Assembly: GCA_964016885.1 (NCBI GenBank)
Contig: OZ024765.1
Span: forward strand, 17,050,001 to 17,114,000
Direction: 5' to 3'
DNA from: Eledone cirrhosa
Taxonomy: Eukaryota
Length of the DNA: 64,000 nucleotides
Shown: positions 25,650 through 39,339 of the stretch, one piece after another
Position numbering within the stretch: position 1 is the first letter of the stretch
Layout: each line of letters opens with the position of its first letter
The notes under the pieces: generated by a model
What the model saw: only the letters and a program-made list of their open reading frames with translations
Databases searched by the model: none
What the model was told of the DNA's origin: nothing
Position numbers and translations under genes: made by a program

Positions 25650-27315
25650 GAATCGGATGCTAAAATGTGAGCCTATAACCATATTGACAGGCCTACACGC
25701 AAAACCATACAGTCAGGCCTGCTTCTATACCACACATACACAATCCTGGGCTGATAATCCACAGAAATGCGGCCTGAGATTAGAACTACAAAGCCCGTGT
25801 CTGAGCTAAGAACCAGACAGTCAAGCCTGTGTCGATAAGCACACTGCTAAACGTGAGCCTAGGACCACATGGCAAGGTCTGAGGCTAGAAGTACATAGAC
25901 AAGCCTGTGTTTAGAACCACACAGACAGCTTGAGTTTATAACCAAAGAGCAAGGTCTGGGCTCTTAACCACAGAGTCAGGACTAGCTGTATAACCACACA
26001 GCAGAGATTGAGCCTATAACCCACACAGCAATATGCGAGTTTATAACCACACAGCAATATCTGAATTTATAACCACACAGCAATATCTGAATTTATAACC
26101 ACACAGCAATATCTGAATTTATAACCAGACAGCAATATCTGAGCTTAGAACTACACAGTAAAGCTTAGAACCAGACAAAACTGTCTGAGCTTACAACTAC
26201 ACAGCAATGCCTGAGCTTAGAACAACACAATAATATTTGAGCTTAGAACCACACAGCAAGGCCTGAGTTAGAACTACACAAGGTCTGAGCTGAGAACTAC
26301 ACAGCAGGGTCCGAGCTGAGAACTACACAGCAGGGTCCGAGCTGGGAACTACACAGCAAGGTCCGAGCTGAGAACTACACAGCAAGGTCCGAGCTGAGAA
26401 CTACACAACAAGGTCTGATCTGAGAACTACACAAGGTCTGAGCTGAGAACTACACAGCAGGGCCCGAGCTGGGAACTACACAGCAAGGTCCGAGCTGAGA
26501 ACTACACAGCAAGGTCCGAGCTGAGAACTACACAACAAGGTCTGATCTGAGAACTACACAAGGTCTGAGCTGAGAACTACACAGCAGGGCCCGAGCTGGG
26601 AACTACACAGCAAGGTCCGAGCTGAGAACTACACAGCAAGGTCCGAGCTGGGAACTACACAGCAAGGTCCGAGCTGAGAACTACACAGCAAGGTCCGAGC
26701 TGGGAACTACACAGCAAGGTCCGAGCTGAGAACTACACAGCAAGGTCCGAGCTGAGAACTACACAGCAAGGTCCGAGCTGAGAACTACACAGCAAGGTCC
26801 GAGCTGAGAACTACACAGCAAGGTCCGAGCTGAGAACTACACAGCAAGGTCCGAGCTGAGAACTACACAACAAGGTCTGATCTGAGAACTACACAGCAAG
26901 GTCCGAGCTGGGAACTACACAGCAAGGTCCGAGCTGAGAACTACACAGCAAGGTCCGAGCTGAGAACTACACAGCAAGGTCCGAGCTGAGAACTACACAG
27001 CAAGGTCCGAGCTGAGAACTACACAACAAGGTCTGAGCTGAGAACTACACAGCAGGGTCCGAGCTGGGAACTACACAGCAAGGTCCGAGCTGAGAACTAC
27101 ACAGCAAGGTCCGAGCTGAGAACTACACAGCAAGGTCCGAGCTGAGAACTACACAACAAGGTCTGATCTGAGAACTACACAGCAAGGTCTCAGCTGAGAA
27201 TTACACAGCAAGGTCTCTGCTGACAACTACACAGCAAGGTCTCAGCTTATAATTCCACAGTAATATATCTGAGGTTAGAACTATACAGCGAGGATTGAGC
27301 TTAGAACCACACATC
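25650..27315. repeat. 26-bp minisatellite (GAGCTGAGAACTACACAGCAAGGTCC) with degenerate flanks
   Basis: Period 26 (for example 26761 and 26787). The homogeneous core spans about 26285-27230. Confidence 0.92.
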
Positions 27316-27687
27316 AATATATAAATAAATAGATAGATATATAAATATACATGTAAATATAACTAAAAAGCTCTGTAGCCAACATATAGCACTCTCTTTT
27401 CCTTTACGTTTCCTACGGAATTACTTCATTCATATATAAATATATAGATAAATGAACAAACAAATATAAGAAGAAACAAACAAATAAATAATATTTTAGC
27501 ACGCCCATTTGCATGAAGAAAATATGTCGTAGATATTGACAAGACGAGACATGCCGAGATATAACGAGACAAGAGAAGACATCATTAGGAGCCAATGAGT
27601 TCGACATATGTACAGCTTCTTTTTAGGAATGGTAAAAAGAGATACAGAAGTCATCTAAATATACTGATACTGTCACTGGCTATTGTG

Positions 27688-27689
<2 letters not shown>

Positions 27690-27778
<89 letters not shown>

Positions 27779-27970
27779 ATCTATACATATAAAATGTCTG
27801 TGTGTGTGTGAGTACATATATATATGTGTGTGTGTGTGTTTATGTATACACAAACATAAATACATATATGTGTATATTTATATATATATACATACACACA
27901 TATGTGTGTGTATATATATGTATATATATAAATGTGTGTATATATATATATGTATATATATAAATATATA

Positions 27971-28065
<95 letters not shown>

Positions 28066-28116
28066 CTGTCTGTGTATATATATAAATATGTGTGTATATA
28101 TATAAATATGTGTATA

Positions 28117-28169
<53 letters not shown>

Positions 28170-28170
28170 G

Positions 28171-28261
<91 letters not shown>

Positions 28262-28388
28262 GTGTGTGTATATATATATGTGTGTGTGTATATATATATA
28301 TGTGTGTGTGTATATATATATATATAATATTTTATATATATATGTGTGTGTGTATATATATATAATATATATATATATATATGTGTGT

Positions 28389-28419
<31 letters not shown>

Positions 28420-28425
28420 GTGTGT

Positions 28426-28466
<41 letters not shown>
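27690..28466. repeat. (TA)n/(TG)n microsatellite field
   Basis: Direct reading. Confidence 0.95.
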
Positions 28467-28474
<8 letters not shown>

Positions 28475-29121
28475 TTCTGTGATTGCTTGCTTGTCTGTAA
28501 TATAATACAGCCAAAAGAGCGCAAAATGAGGAAATACTTTGAAAGGAAGTTGACCCTGAAATGATGATACAAATAGAATAAAACAAATTTCGCGTAAATC
28601 GGCGCACGGGTTCCCGAGTACCTTCATAAACAGAGAGAGGGAAGGATAGAGAGAAAGAGATAGTGGTTTTGAGAGAGTAGATTGAAAAGAGAAACATAGA
28701 GAGGGAGAGAGGAGACAGAGAAGGAGAATGGATGCGAGAGAGGGAAAGCTGGTGGTGTTGTTTGGTGTGTGTATATATATGTAAATTTTGAGTATATCTT
28801 GGTTGTATACCAACACCTCAGTATGCAGAATGGAGCACTCGACGAAGTGCGCAGGTTGGTTTGGTTACTCCGGAGTAATGTAAAATAAACTAAAATAAAT
28901 AAGTCAAATATTTAAAATTTGGCTTCGTTTATTACTGCTATATATATTTCGGTGACAGTCGTCTTTGACTGTGACCTCTTCAGGCAGTCCGAATGAGTGT
29001 GGTAGAGACGAGTCCACAATTTGTTGAGGTGTTTAACTTTGTCAATACTCTAATATGTCCAGTTCCTGGTTGGGTTGTTATTTCACTGAGGAACTGGAAT
29101 CATATGAATTATAAACAAACT

Positions 29122-29410
29122 ACTATATTTATAAAACCATATTTATTCTATTATATATATTTCAAGGGTTCCAAAAATGTTGGTACGCTATCATCAGATA
29201 AAATACGAAGTGTGTTTTATAAATTTTGACATAACCAAGGATAATATACCTTAACGGTTCAAGTTATTCTTGAACCGTTAAGGTATATTTTCTTTGGTTA
29301 TGTCAAAATTTATAAAACACACTTCGTATTTTATCTGATGATAGCGTAACAAAATTTTTGGTACCCTTGAAATAAATATAATAGAATAAATATGGTTTTA
29401 TAAATATAGT
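29122..29410. mobile_element. About 290-bp imperfect palindrome of the family B hammerhead element
   Basis: Arms of about 142 bp around a loop near 29264-29268. CTGATGA core on both strands. Confidence 0.8.
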
Positions 29411-29427
29411 TTCCATTTATTTAATAT

Positions 29428-29490
<63 letters not shown>

Positions 29491-29524
29491 GTGTATATAT
29501 ATCCATATAATCTTCTTTCTATAG

Positions 29525-29879
29525 GAAAGCGTCAACTTAATCGAGAAGCGAAACTCATCAGAAAAGCATCCCCTCCAACGTACTTTACAAATCACTCTTC
29601 CAGTCGCCATCTTTGGCTTAATTATCATCCTATCTCTGCTGTTGCTATTGCGAAAGCTCCACCGGAAACACTACAAAGTTTCCCACCATAAAATCCTGAA
29701 ATCCGCCGACAGCATCCAATTGTTCGATCGAATGAATCTTATCAATAAAAACCCAACTTACCTCAGTTCATGCGGTGAAAATTTACCAAACAAGAAATTC
29801 TTCGCCAAAGAGATTCCTATGAATTCAGTGAAACTTCTAGAATTGGTTGGTGAGGGCGCATTCGGCCAAGTTTTTAGAG
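29525..29879 (+). CDS. Trk-like RTK exon: TM helix, juxtamembrane NPTY, kinase Gly-loop
   Basis: Acceptor tcttctttctatag. Encodes ...ITLPVAIFGLIIILSLLLLL-RKLHRKH (TM plus basic stop-transfer), NKNPTY and LVGEGAFGQVFRG. Donor AGAG|gtaata, phase 1. Confidence 0.93.
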
Positions 29880-30379
29880 GTAATAATTGATTTCTATTTA
29901 TGTATTAATATATATATATATATATATATATTTATCTATCGATTGAACATTTGACAACCATGGAGCTTGTGAAATCGGTAAAATTAAAAATTATTGAAAA
30001 TAATGTCTTAAAGACACCAACTGCAATTTCAATATATTAAAAAAAACTCATATATATATATATATATATATATAAATGTGTGTGTGTGTCTGTCTGTGTG
30101 TGTGTGTGTGTCTGTCTGTGTGTGTGTCTGTCTGTGTCTGTGTCTGTGTGTGTGTGTGTCTGTGTGTGTGTCTGTGTCTGTGTGTGTGTGTGTGTCTGTG
30201 TCTGTGTGTGTGTGTGTGTGTGTGTCTGTGTGTCGGTGTGTCTGTGTGTCTGCGTGTGTGCGTGTGTGTGCGCGTGCGCGTGCGCGTGCGTGTAGAAATT
30301 ACGCATTTCTAAAGAAACACAGTACGCTTACAGAGTACACATTTAGGAAAAAACGTCCAGTAGACGCAAGTGGGACAAT

Positions 30380-30419
30380 CGTCGATGCATTTCGAACTTA
30401 ACTGGTCCTCATCAGGACG
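30380..30419 (-). ncRNA. Minimal type I hammerhead ribozyme with intact core (family F)
   Basis: cgtc-CTGATGA-ggac-cagttaa-gttc-GAA-ATGCAT-C-gacg. Confidence 0.8.
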
Positions 30420-30599
30420 GTCCCTCCCACTCTTGCAACTGCTGGAATTTAGTACAGGCGAGAATATATGGTTTTCTCGACTGTGTTAATGAGGTGATTA
30501 ATCTCATTTCCATATGAAGCTGCATAAGTTGGCTCAATTTATAATAGAATAGAAATAGATTTATATAAAGCCTTTCTGACGCCCGGAGACACATCAAGA

Positions 30600-31150
30600 C
30601 GGTGCCCCCGTGCTTATCTCGGTTTCATTGGAGTTAATCAACTCAGAATTCAAGACGTTCCCTGGACAGGGTTAATCGCCAACAGCTGCTGCTACGTATT
30701 TACAGCTGAGTGAATTAAAGCAACGTGAAATGAAGTGATTTTGCTGAAAAGGCCAAAGCTCCATCCTCCCCGAGTATAGTACCCACAACATTACAACCAT
30801 AAATCAAATACACTTACCACTAAGCCACTACTTTCATATCATTCACTATAATTTATGAATAGGTATGATGTTTCCCAATATGTAATACTTTACGGTTTTT
30901 ATTAGAATCGATCGACAAATTCCCAGGCTTCACTCACAGAATAGGGTGAGACTCATCAAATCAGACCAAGGAAACAATGTTTCCATTGGTCTTTTCATTA
31001 CTAACACTATCTACCAGTCACAGTTCCTGGAAGAAAGAGCAAAGTGAAATAAAGTGTCTTGCTCAAGGACATAACGCGCAGGCTGGTCTGGGAAACGAAC
31101 TCACAACATCTTGGTTGTTAATCCAACTCTTTAACCACTAAACCACGTAC
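30600..31150 (-). mobile_element. Two family 2-type tRNA SINE fragments
   Basis: GTGAAATAAAGTGTCTTGCTCAAGGACATAACGC ... AACCACTAAGCCAC. The same family occurs at about 7695-7815, 31450-31560, 33075-33290, 46270-46510 and 52545-52660. Confidence 0.75.
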
Positions 31151-31166
31151 ATTCACCTTATATATA

Positions 31167-31328
31167 CCGTATTTGCCGGAGCCGAAGACGCTTCCTGCTC
31201 GAGGACGCACCCTAATTTTGACAACCAAAAATTTGAAAAGAAAATAACCTACGGCCTCCAGAACGCATGGTAGATTTTTGAGACTTATTTTAGGAAAGAA
31301 GTAGCGTCTTCGACGCCGGGAAATAAAG
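31167..31328. mobile_element. pogo/Tigger-like MITE
   Basis: Imperfect 25-bp TIRs CCGTATTTGCCGGAGCCGAAGACGC and GCGTCTTCGACGCCGGGAAATAAAG, with TA on both sides. Confidence 0.75.
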
Positions 31329-31673
31329 TAATTTATATGTAGGCTATATATAATATATACACCATATATTATTTATATACACTATATATGATGCTGTCCA
31401 GGGGAAAAGCAAACACTGATACAGCTTGCAATCAACTAAATGGATTTTAGTAAATTATGGCAGAAGACGCAACGTGAAATAAAATGTCTTGCTCAAGGAC
31501 ATAACGCATTCCTCGATCCAGAAATCGAACTCGCAACCTTAATATTGCGAATCCCATTATCTAAGCCGAGCTTGGTTTGGAACGAAGGTTGGTGGCAAAT
31601 CCGGTGGTGTAGGTGTACCTGTATTGCATTTACTCCATCATCATCCCCTCTTACCCTCTGTGTTTCTCTACAG

Positions 31674-31838
31674 GTGAGATGTTTACCAGCAAAGACCACC
31701 CTCCCACCACAGTGGCTGTCAAAGTACTCAAAAACGATGTGTCCAGCAAAGTGAAAGAAGATTTCGAGCGTGAAGTCGAGATAACCAGCTCATTCGACCA
31801 CGACAACATACTAAAGTTGATTGGAATCATTGTATACG
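31674..31838 (+). CDS. Trk-like RTK exon: kinase subdomains II-IV
   Basis: Acceptor tttctctacag. Encodes VAVKVLK, DFEREVEI and HDNILKLIGI. Donor G|gtcagt, phase 1/1. Confidence 0.95.
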
Positions 31839-32005
31839 GTCAGTTAATTTACGTAAATATCGTAAAATGTTCAATATAGAAGTTCATGTGTTAGTGACCT
31901 CGAAGTATTATCTATTGTTCCGCCTGGGTATTACAGCCAGGTGAAAGAATAGCTGAAAACTTCGAACTTGGTGACATTTTTGTTTTTTTTTCTCTTCAAA
32001 AGATA

Positions 32006-32535
32006 CGAGGAGGCTTCAAATATTTAATGGAAAAATGTACATATGCAGGGATTTTGATCTCAATGCACATATATGTACTTGTACTAACATGTCATAACTG
32101 TTTCTACTTTAGGCACAAGGCCAGCAATTACCCAGTGCATTACTGGTACTTTATTTTATCGACCCCGTAAGGATGAAAGGCAAAGTCAACCTCGGCGGGA
32201 TTTGAACTCAGATCGTAAAGGGACGTAACTATGCTGGAAAGCATGGCGTCCGACCCTCTACCGATACTGCATGTCATAACATGTTCTAACACGAACCCTT
32301 AAATGCATGTTGCAATGTGGAGATGCCAGTCGCAAGTCAGCATCTACTCGAGCAACATGAGCTCCATCAAAACATCAAATTCATGGTGAAGCTAGTGTTG
32401 GAGAGCAGCCAAATCATTGATGCTCTGGAGCAAATTTATGGGGACAATGACCCAAAGAAATCAACAATCTACCAATGGATAAGACGTATTTGAAGTGGAA
32501 GAGAAGAGATGAGTTTGAAGATGATCCCCAGTTGA
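32006..32535 (+). mobile_element. Mariner (Hsmar2/irritans-like) 5' relic with transposase HTH pseudogene
   Basis: TA then a TIR-like CGAGGAGGCTTCAAATATTTAATGGAAAAATG. About 32356-32530 reads NIKFMVKL.LESSQIIDALEQIYGDNDPKKSTIYQWIRRI*. Confidence 0.8.
32099..32269 (-). mobile_element. Family 1 SINE inserted in the mariner relic
   Basis: 11-bp TSD CATGTCATAAC at 32088-32098 and 32270-32280. Confidence 0.92.
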
Positions 32536-32794
32536 AGATGTAAAAAAAAAAGCAGCTTTGACATGGTTTAACCCTTTAGCATTTAAACTGACCATATCCA
32601 GCCAGAATTCTCTCGTTTCTTTCTGTTCAAACAGGTTGTAGCCGGCCACTCATACTGATGTTAAGGTATTGTTCCCAAGATAAATAATATCAAAATCTCA
32701 TTGATTCGGTATTATGTGAGATTATTGTGGGAGATAAAACCTTTACCGTGAAAATATAGTTTTATATAGAGCGTAATATAAATGATAAAGTGTT

Positions 32795-33034
32795 AATATA
32801 TATATATATTTATATATTATATATATATATATAATATATATATTTATATATTATATATTATATATATATATTTATATATTATATATATATATATTATATA
32901 TATATATATATATATAATATATATATAATATATATATATATTTATATATTATATATGTATATATAATATATATATATATTTATATAATATATATATATTT
33001 ATATATTATATATAATATATATTTATTTATATAT

Positions 33035-33076
<42 letters not shown>

Positions 33077-33870
33077 AACGATCGACTTTCGTCAAATCGG
33101 AGCGAGGAAACAATGTTTCCATGAGTCTTTCCAATTGCTAATACTATCTATCGGTCGCAACTCCAGGTAGAAGGAGCAATGTGAAATAAAGTGTCTTGCT
33201 CAAGGACATAACGCATCGCCTGGTCCAGGAATCGAACTCACAACCTTACGATTGCGAATCCAATTATCTAACCACTCAGCCACACGCCTTCACATATATA
33301 TATATATAATATATATATATGTAATATATATATTATATAATATATATATAATATATATATTATATATATATAATATATATATATATGTAATATATATATA
33401 TAATATATATATTATATATATATTATATATATATAATATATATATATATGTAATATATATATATAATATATATATTATATATATATTATATATATATAAT
33501 ATATATATATATGTAATATATATATATAATATATATATTATATATATATAATATATATATATATGTAATATATATATATAATATATATATTATATATATA
33601 TAATATATATATATATGTAATATATATATTATATATATTATATATATATAATATATATATATATATGTAATATATATATATATAATATATATATATAATA
33701 TATATATATGTAATATATATATATATATGTAATATATATATATAATATATATATATAATATATATACATATGTAATATATATATATAATATATATATATA
33801 ATATATATATATAATATATATATATAATATATATATATATATGTAATATATATATTATATATATATAACA
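32795..33870. repeat. (TA)n fields split by a SINE fragment
   Basis: Direct reading. The tract runs to within about 20 nt of the 33891 acceptor. Confidence 0.93.
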
Positions 33871-33890
33871 TATTTACTTCTCCATTCCAG

Positions 33891-34009
33891 ACATTCGCGA
33901 AACGCCGTACATGGTATTTGAGTATATGACCTTCGGAGATTTAGCCCAACTGTTGAGAAAGAACGACCCCAATGTCAAGTTTGCTGAAACATCTGTAAAT
34001 CTAACCAAG
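33891..34009 (+). CDS. Trk-like RTK exon: hinge region
   Basis: Acceptor cttctccattccag. Encodes PYMVFEYMTFGDLAQLLRKNDP. Donor AAG|gttagt, phase 1/0. Not in the ORF track. Confidence 0.95.
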
Positions 34010-34099
34010 GTTAGTCGACTCTTTTAGCCTAATTTCTACCATTGGCATATGATATGAAGTGGAATAAATCTTATCCTCCAGGGGTCTTAAATACGCAGT

Positions 34100-35010
34100 C
34101 CTGAAACTGCCTTTTTCTATAACCCACGGCTCTGAAACCTACTTTTCCATGAGCCTCTGCCCACAAACTGCCTTTTGTATGACCCTCGGCCTGCAACCTA
34201 CTTTTCCATGACCCTTGGCCCCCAAACTACCTTTCTATGACCATCAGCCCACAACTTACTTTTCCATGACCATTTCCCCTCAAACTTCCTTTCTATGACC
34301 CTCGGCCCTCAACCTACTTTTCCACAAACTACCTTTCTATGAGACTCGGCCGTCAACCTACTTTACCATGACCCTTAGCCCTCAAACTACCTTTCTATGA
34401 CATTCAGCCCACAACTGACTTTCCCATGACCCTTTCCCCACAAACTACTTTTCTATGACCCTTGGCCGTCAACCTACTTTTCCACAAACTACCTTTCTAT
34501 GAGACTCGGCCGTCAACCTACTTTTCCATGACCCTTGGCCCACAAACTACCTTTCTATGACCCTCCACCTGCAACCTACTTTTCAATGACCCATGGCTCC
34601 CAAACAACCTTTCTATGACCATCAGCCCACAACTTACTTTCCCATGACCCTTGCCCCTCAAACTACCTTTCTATGACCCTCGGCCCTCAACCTACTTTTC
34701 CACAAACTACCCTTCTATGACCCTCGGCCCTCTACCTTCCTTTCCATGACCTCGACCCTCAAACTACTTTTCCAAGACCCTCGGCCCCAATCTACCTTTC
34801 TACGACCCTCGGCCCTCTACCTACTTTTCCATGACCCTCGACCCTCAAACTACTTTTCCAAGACCCTCGGCCCCCAATCTACCTTCTATGACCCTCGGCC
34901 CTCTACATACTTTTCCATGACCCTCGACCCTCAAACTACTTTTCTAAGACCCTCGGCCCTCAAACTACTTTTCTATGACCCTCGGTCCTTAAACTACCTC
35001 TCTATGATCC
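34100..35010. repeat. Degenerate 27-28 bp minisatellite (CTTTTCYATGACCCTCGGCCCTCAAACTA)
   Basis: About 30 diverged units. Confidence 0.85.
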
Positions 35011-36059
35011 GTGGCACTCACACTACTCTATGTTCAGGGTTTGCTGGGGGAGCATGCTTTGTCACCGACCACAAAGCAGGTTATACTGGGTAACGTGGTA
35101 CCAGTAGCAGACAGAAACCTAACTATACCATATGTGTGGACTATTACGGAAATAATTCCCATCTTCGTTAAATCTCGACTAAAGCCTCTTGTATGGCATC
35201 TTGGGAGACCACGTGACTTCTATTACTTCTCAGATTGGCTAATTGAAGAGGAGAAGGCAGAAGAATAAGAAAAAGAAAAAGAAAAAGAAACAAAGAAAAA
35301 AGAAGAAAAGGGGAGAAGAAGAAGAAAAACAAGAAAAAGTAAAGGGAAGAGGAAAAGAGAAAAAGGAAGAAAAAAAAGAAGAAAAAGAAAGAGAAGGAAA
35401 AAAGAAAAACGAAAAAAAGAAAAAAGAAAAAGCAGAAAAAGAGGAGGGGGAAGAGAAAATCTAGTAACCTCAATGTATCACTGGTACATTTATCGATCCC
35501 ACTAAAGGCAACGTTGACCTCGGTGGGATTTGAACTCAAAACTAAAAAAATCGTATGTGTGTGTATGTGTATGGTGTGTGTGAGTGTATGTGTGGGTGTG
35601 TGTGTATGTGTAAGCATGTGTGTATATATGTGCATGTCAGTGTATGTGTGCGTGTGTATTTGTATATGTTTGTATGTATGTGTATATGTGTGATTATGTA
35701 TATGTGTGTATGTGTGTATATGTGTGTGTATGTGTGCGTATGTATTTGTATATGTTTGTATGTATGTGTATATGTGTGATTATGTATGTGTGTATGTGTG
35801 TGCAAATGTGTATGCATATGTGTGTATATCTGTGCATGTCAGTGTGTGTATGTGTGCGTGTGTATTTGTATATGTTTGTATGTATGTGTATATGTGTGAT
35901 TATGTATATGTGTGTATATGTATGTGTGTGTGTGTATGTGTATATATATGTGTATATGTATATGTGTGCGTGTGTGTATACATATATATGTGTGCATATA
36001 TGTGTGTATGTGTATGTGTACATACACATGTGTATATACACATGTATGTGTATGAGTAC

Positions 36060-38628
36060 ATCATCGGTTTATGATGTAGGCAGGCGTGTTCTGGGATTGG
36101 TGCAGAGAAAACATCAGGACTGGTTTTATGAGAATGATGTAGATATAGAAGACTTGTTGGCTGATAAGAGTTGTATTCTGTCATGCTACTTGACGGCAAA
36201 GTCACAGGAGGAGATTATGTTGCATAAGGAACTCAAGGATGTGAAATCACGTGTTAGGTGGAGTCTTTCTCAGATGAACGATCAGTGGTGGGTTGAGAAG
36301 GCTGATGAGATACAAACTGCGTCAGATTCCAATAACACAATGCTGTTGTGCTGTCTCTTGCGTGAAGTTTATGGACCGTCTTCTTCTCTGGTGACACCGC
36401 TTCGCAGCAGGGATGGCAAAGAACTTCTTAGTGACTTACAAGGAATTCTACGAAGGTGGCGAGAGCACTTTTCATGAGCTTTTGAATCAGCCGTCTGTCG
36501 TCAATGAAGATTTCCTCAATTTCATTCCAGAAAGTCCTGCGTAATGAGCTCTCGCAGAACCTCCGACGCTTTTGGTGGTTCCAATAGCTATCTCGAAGCT
36601 GAACTGTGGAAGGTCTCCAGGTATGGATGGCATACATGCAGAGCTCCTACAATATGGTGGTGAGGGACTCCTGCAACATCTTCACGTTTTGTTTGGAAGG
36701 ATATGGGCTAATGAATCCGTACCTGAGGACTGGATAGATGCAGTAATGGTGGTCTTGTACAAGGGAAAAGGTAACAGGAATGATTGTGGGAACTACAGAG
36801 GTATATCATTGCTTTCTGTCGTAGGGAAAGTTTTATGTAGGGTGCTTCTGGACCGTCTGCTGACACACATTGCAGGTTGTGTTCTTCCTGAAAGTCAATC
36901 TGGTTTTCGTGCTGGACGCGGCACTACTGATATGTTCTTCTCAGCTAGACAGCTCCAGGTGAAGTGCATGGAACAAGTTTTGGATCTGTATCAGGTTTTT
37001 GTCGACCTGACAAAAGCTTTCGATACTGTTAACAGAAATGCATAATGGAAGGTTCTCCAGAAACTTGGTTGCCCTGATAAGTTCCTTGCTTTAGTTAGGT
37101 CTTTCCCTGATGACATGAAGGCTTGAGTTAATGTCGGAGCCTATCTCAGTAAAAATGGAGTGAAATAGGGGGATATTCCAACACCGACCCTGTTTGCCAT
37201 ATACTTTGCAATGGTTTTCTATATTGCATTCAGGAATTGCGAGCATGGTGTTTACATCCGATATCGAACCACAGGCAGCATATTTAACATCAGGCGCTTT
37301 GCTGCAAAAACAAAAGTTTACATCAATCATAAGAGACCTCTTGTATGCAGATGATTGCGATATTGTAGCGCATACAGAGAGTGATATGCTGCACATTTTG
37401 AATGCATTTTCTGATGCTTGCACGGCCTTAGGATTGACTGTCAGTCTCAAGAAAACTGTCGTCATGTACCAACCTTCCCCTGGTAAACAGTACAGTGAAC
37501 CAAATATCTATGTGTATGGTAAACAACTTGGAGTGGTTGATCAGTTTGTCTACCTGGGTAGCACTGTCAATCGATATAGCAACCTTGATAGTGAAATCCC
37601 ACTCAGGATTAGGAAAGCAAGTGATGCTTTCGGAAAGCTAGAAAGGCGACTCTGGGGTTGGCGAGACATATGCAAGAAGACAACGGTAAAGGTGTACAAG
37701 ACATGTGTGCTCTCTTCTCTTCTTTATGCCTGCGAGACCTGGGTCACATATCGACACCACCGGAGGGACTACATCAGTGATGTCGATATTTTGGAAAGCT
37801 CTCCGTGTGACAGTATAGAAGCTCTTGTGCTTAAGCAACGACTCCGTTGGAGTGGTCACCTTGCCAGGATGAAGGATTCTAGAATACCAAAACAACTCTT
37901 TCGTGGAGACTTAGTTAAAGGAAAACGACTGCCACATAAACCAAAAAAGAGGTATAAGGATTCCTTGAAAGCCTCTTTGAAAGACGCTAACATCTCTGCT
38001 GATACATGGGAAAATGTTGCTGCTGGTCGTAATAAATGGAGAAAGACTGTATATGAGGGAAAAGTTGCCTTTGAAGCATCTCGAATCGCATACGAGAGAG
38101 TAAAGCGGGATGTGAAGAAGGGCATTGCTGTTGCACTTCCAGACGGCGAAGGTCCTTCTATGGTGCTGCCTAAGCAGAGCTGGACTCGAAAGTCATCTTC
38201 GCAGTCATAAAGTAAGACCAGTGGTTGACTACCAGGCTGCTGTTGGAGATGCTACTCATCATGCTTGCCAAGCATGTGGTAGAGAATGTAAATCAGCAGG
38301 AGGGTTCAAGCGGCATGCAAAAGTACATGAACTCCAACCACAGCAGCTTATTCCCAGTGAATGTTTTGGTTGCCAACTCTGTGCAAGACATTTTAGATCG
38401 ACTGGGATAAAAAGCCACATTCGATCGCAGCGCTGTTAATTGCTATCGTGTGTGTGTGTGTGCGCGTGTGCGTGTGTGTGTGTGTAGATATGTTTGTGTG
38501 CGTGTGTATGTATATAAATATATTTGTATATTATTATTGTTGTTATTATCATTATTATTATTATTATTATTATGGGTTTTCTTTCTCTCGTGCAATGGCC
38601 ATACTCGATAACGAGAGGGCAGCCATCG
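36060..38628 (+). mobile_element. 5'-truncated, frameshifted RTE (BovB-like) LINE with RT and C-terminal C2H2 fingers
   Basis: RKHQDWF.END, SPGMDGIHAE, GNYRGISLLS, ESQSGFR.GR.T.D, FVDLTKAFDTV, LLYADD, FVYLGS, LRWSGH.ARM, and CQACGRECKS..GFKRH..VH. Multiple stops and frameshifts. Confidence 0.95.
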
Positions 38629-39339
38629 TATGTACATGTGTCAATATATGTATGTGTGTATATATATAGGTGTTGTATGTGTATCTGTGTGTATGAGTGT
38701 ATATGTGTGTATATGTGTGTCTGTGTGTATATGTGTGTATATGTATGTACATGTGTGTACATGTATGTACATGTATGTACATGTGTGTACATGTGTGTAT
38801 GTGTATGTATGTGTGTATATGAGTGTATATGAGTGTGTATATGTATATGTGTATATGTATGTATATGTATATATGTGTTTACATGTGTGTATATGTATGT
38901 GTGTGTGTATGTATATATCTGTATACGTATATATGTGTATATATATGTGTGTGTATATGTATATATATGTGTGTATATGTATGTATATGTATGTATATGT
39001 ATGTATGTGTATGTATGTGTATATATGTGTATGTATATATATATGTATATATTGGTGTACCAAATAATTTTTCACCAGGCTCAGCTGAAGCCAATATTTT
39101 TTAAGTTTCAATCCTTCCTCTTAATCCAAGAATGACAGAATGACAGAATCAAGGATGGAATTAAAGCCGGAACGTGTTTGAAATATAGATTCTCCATATT
39201 GGAATGGATGTGACTGTGGCATTAGAGCAGAGTATTCACAACTGTCAGCTTGTGAGTTCGATTCCCGGACCGGGCGATGCGTTACAACCTTGAGCACTTT
39301 ATTTAACGTTGCTCCACTTTACATTATATATATATATAT

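Noticed and set aside
26285-27230. CRISPR-like appearance of the 26-bp and 72-bp arrays
   Set aside because: Units are contiguous with no unique spacers, there are no cas genes, and the context is eukaryotic.
35245-35460. Lys/Glu-rich ORF
   Set aside because: It is an A/G-rich low-complexity tract without splice signals.
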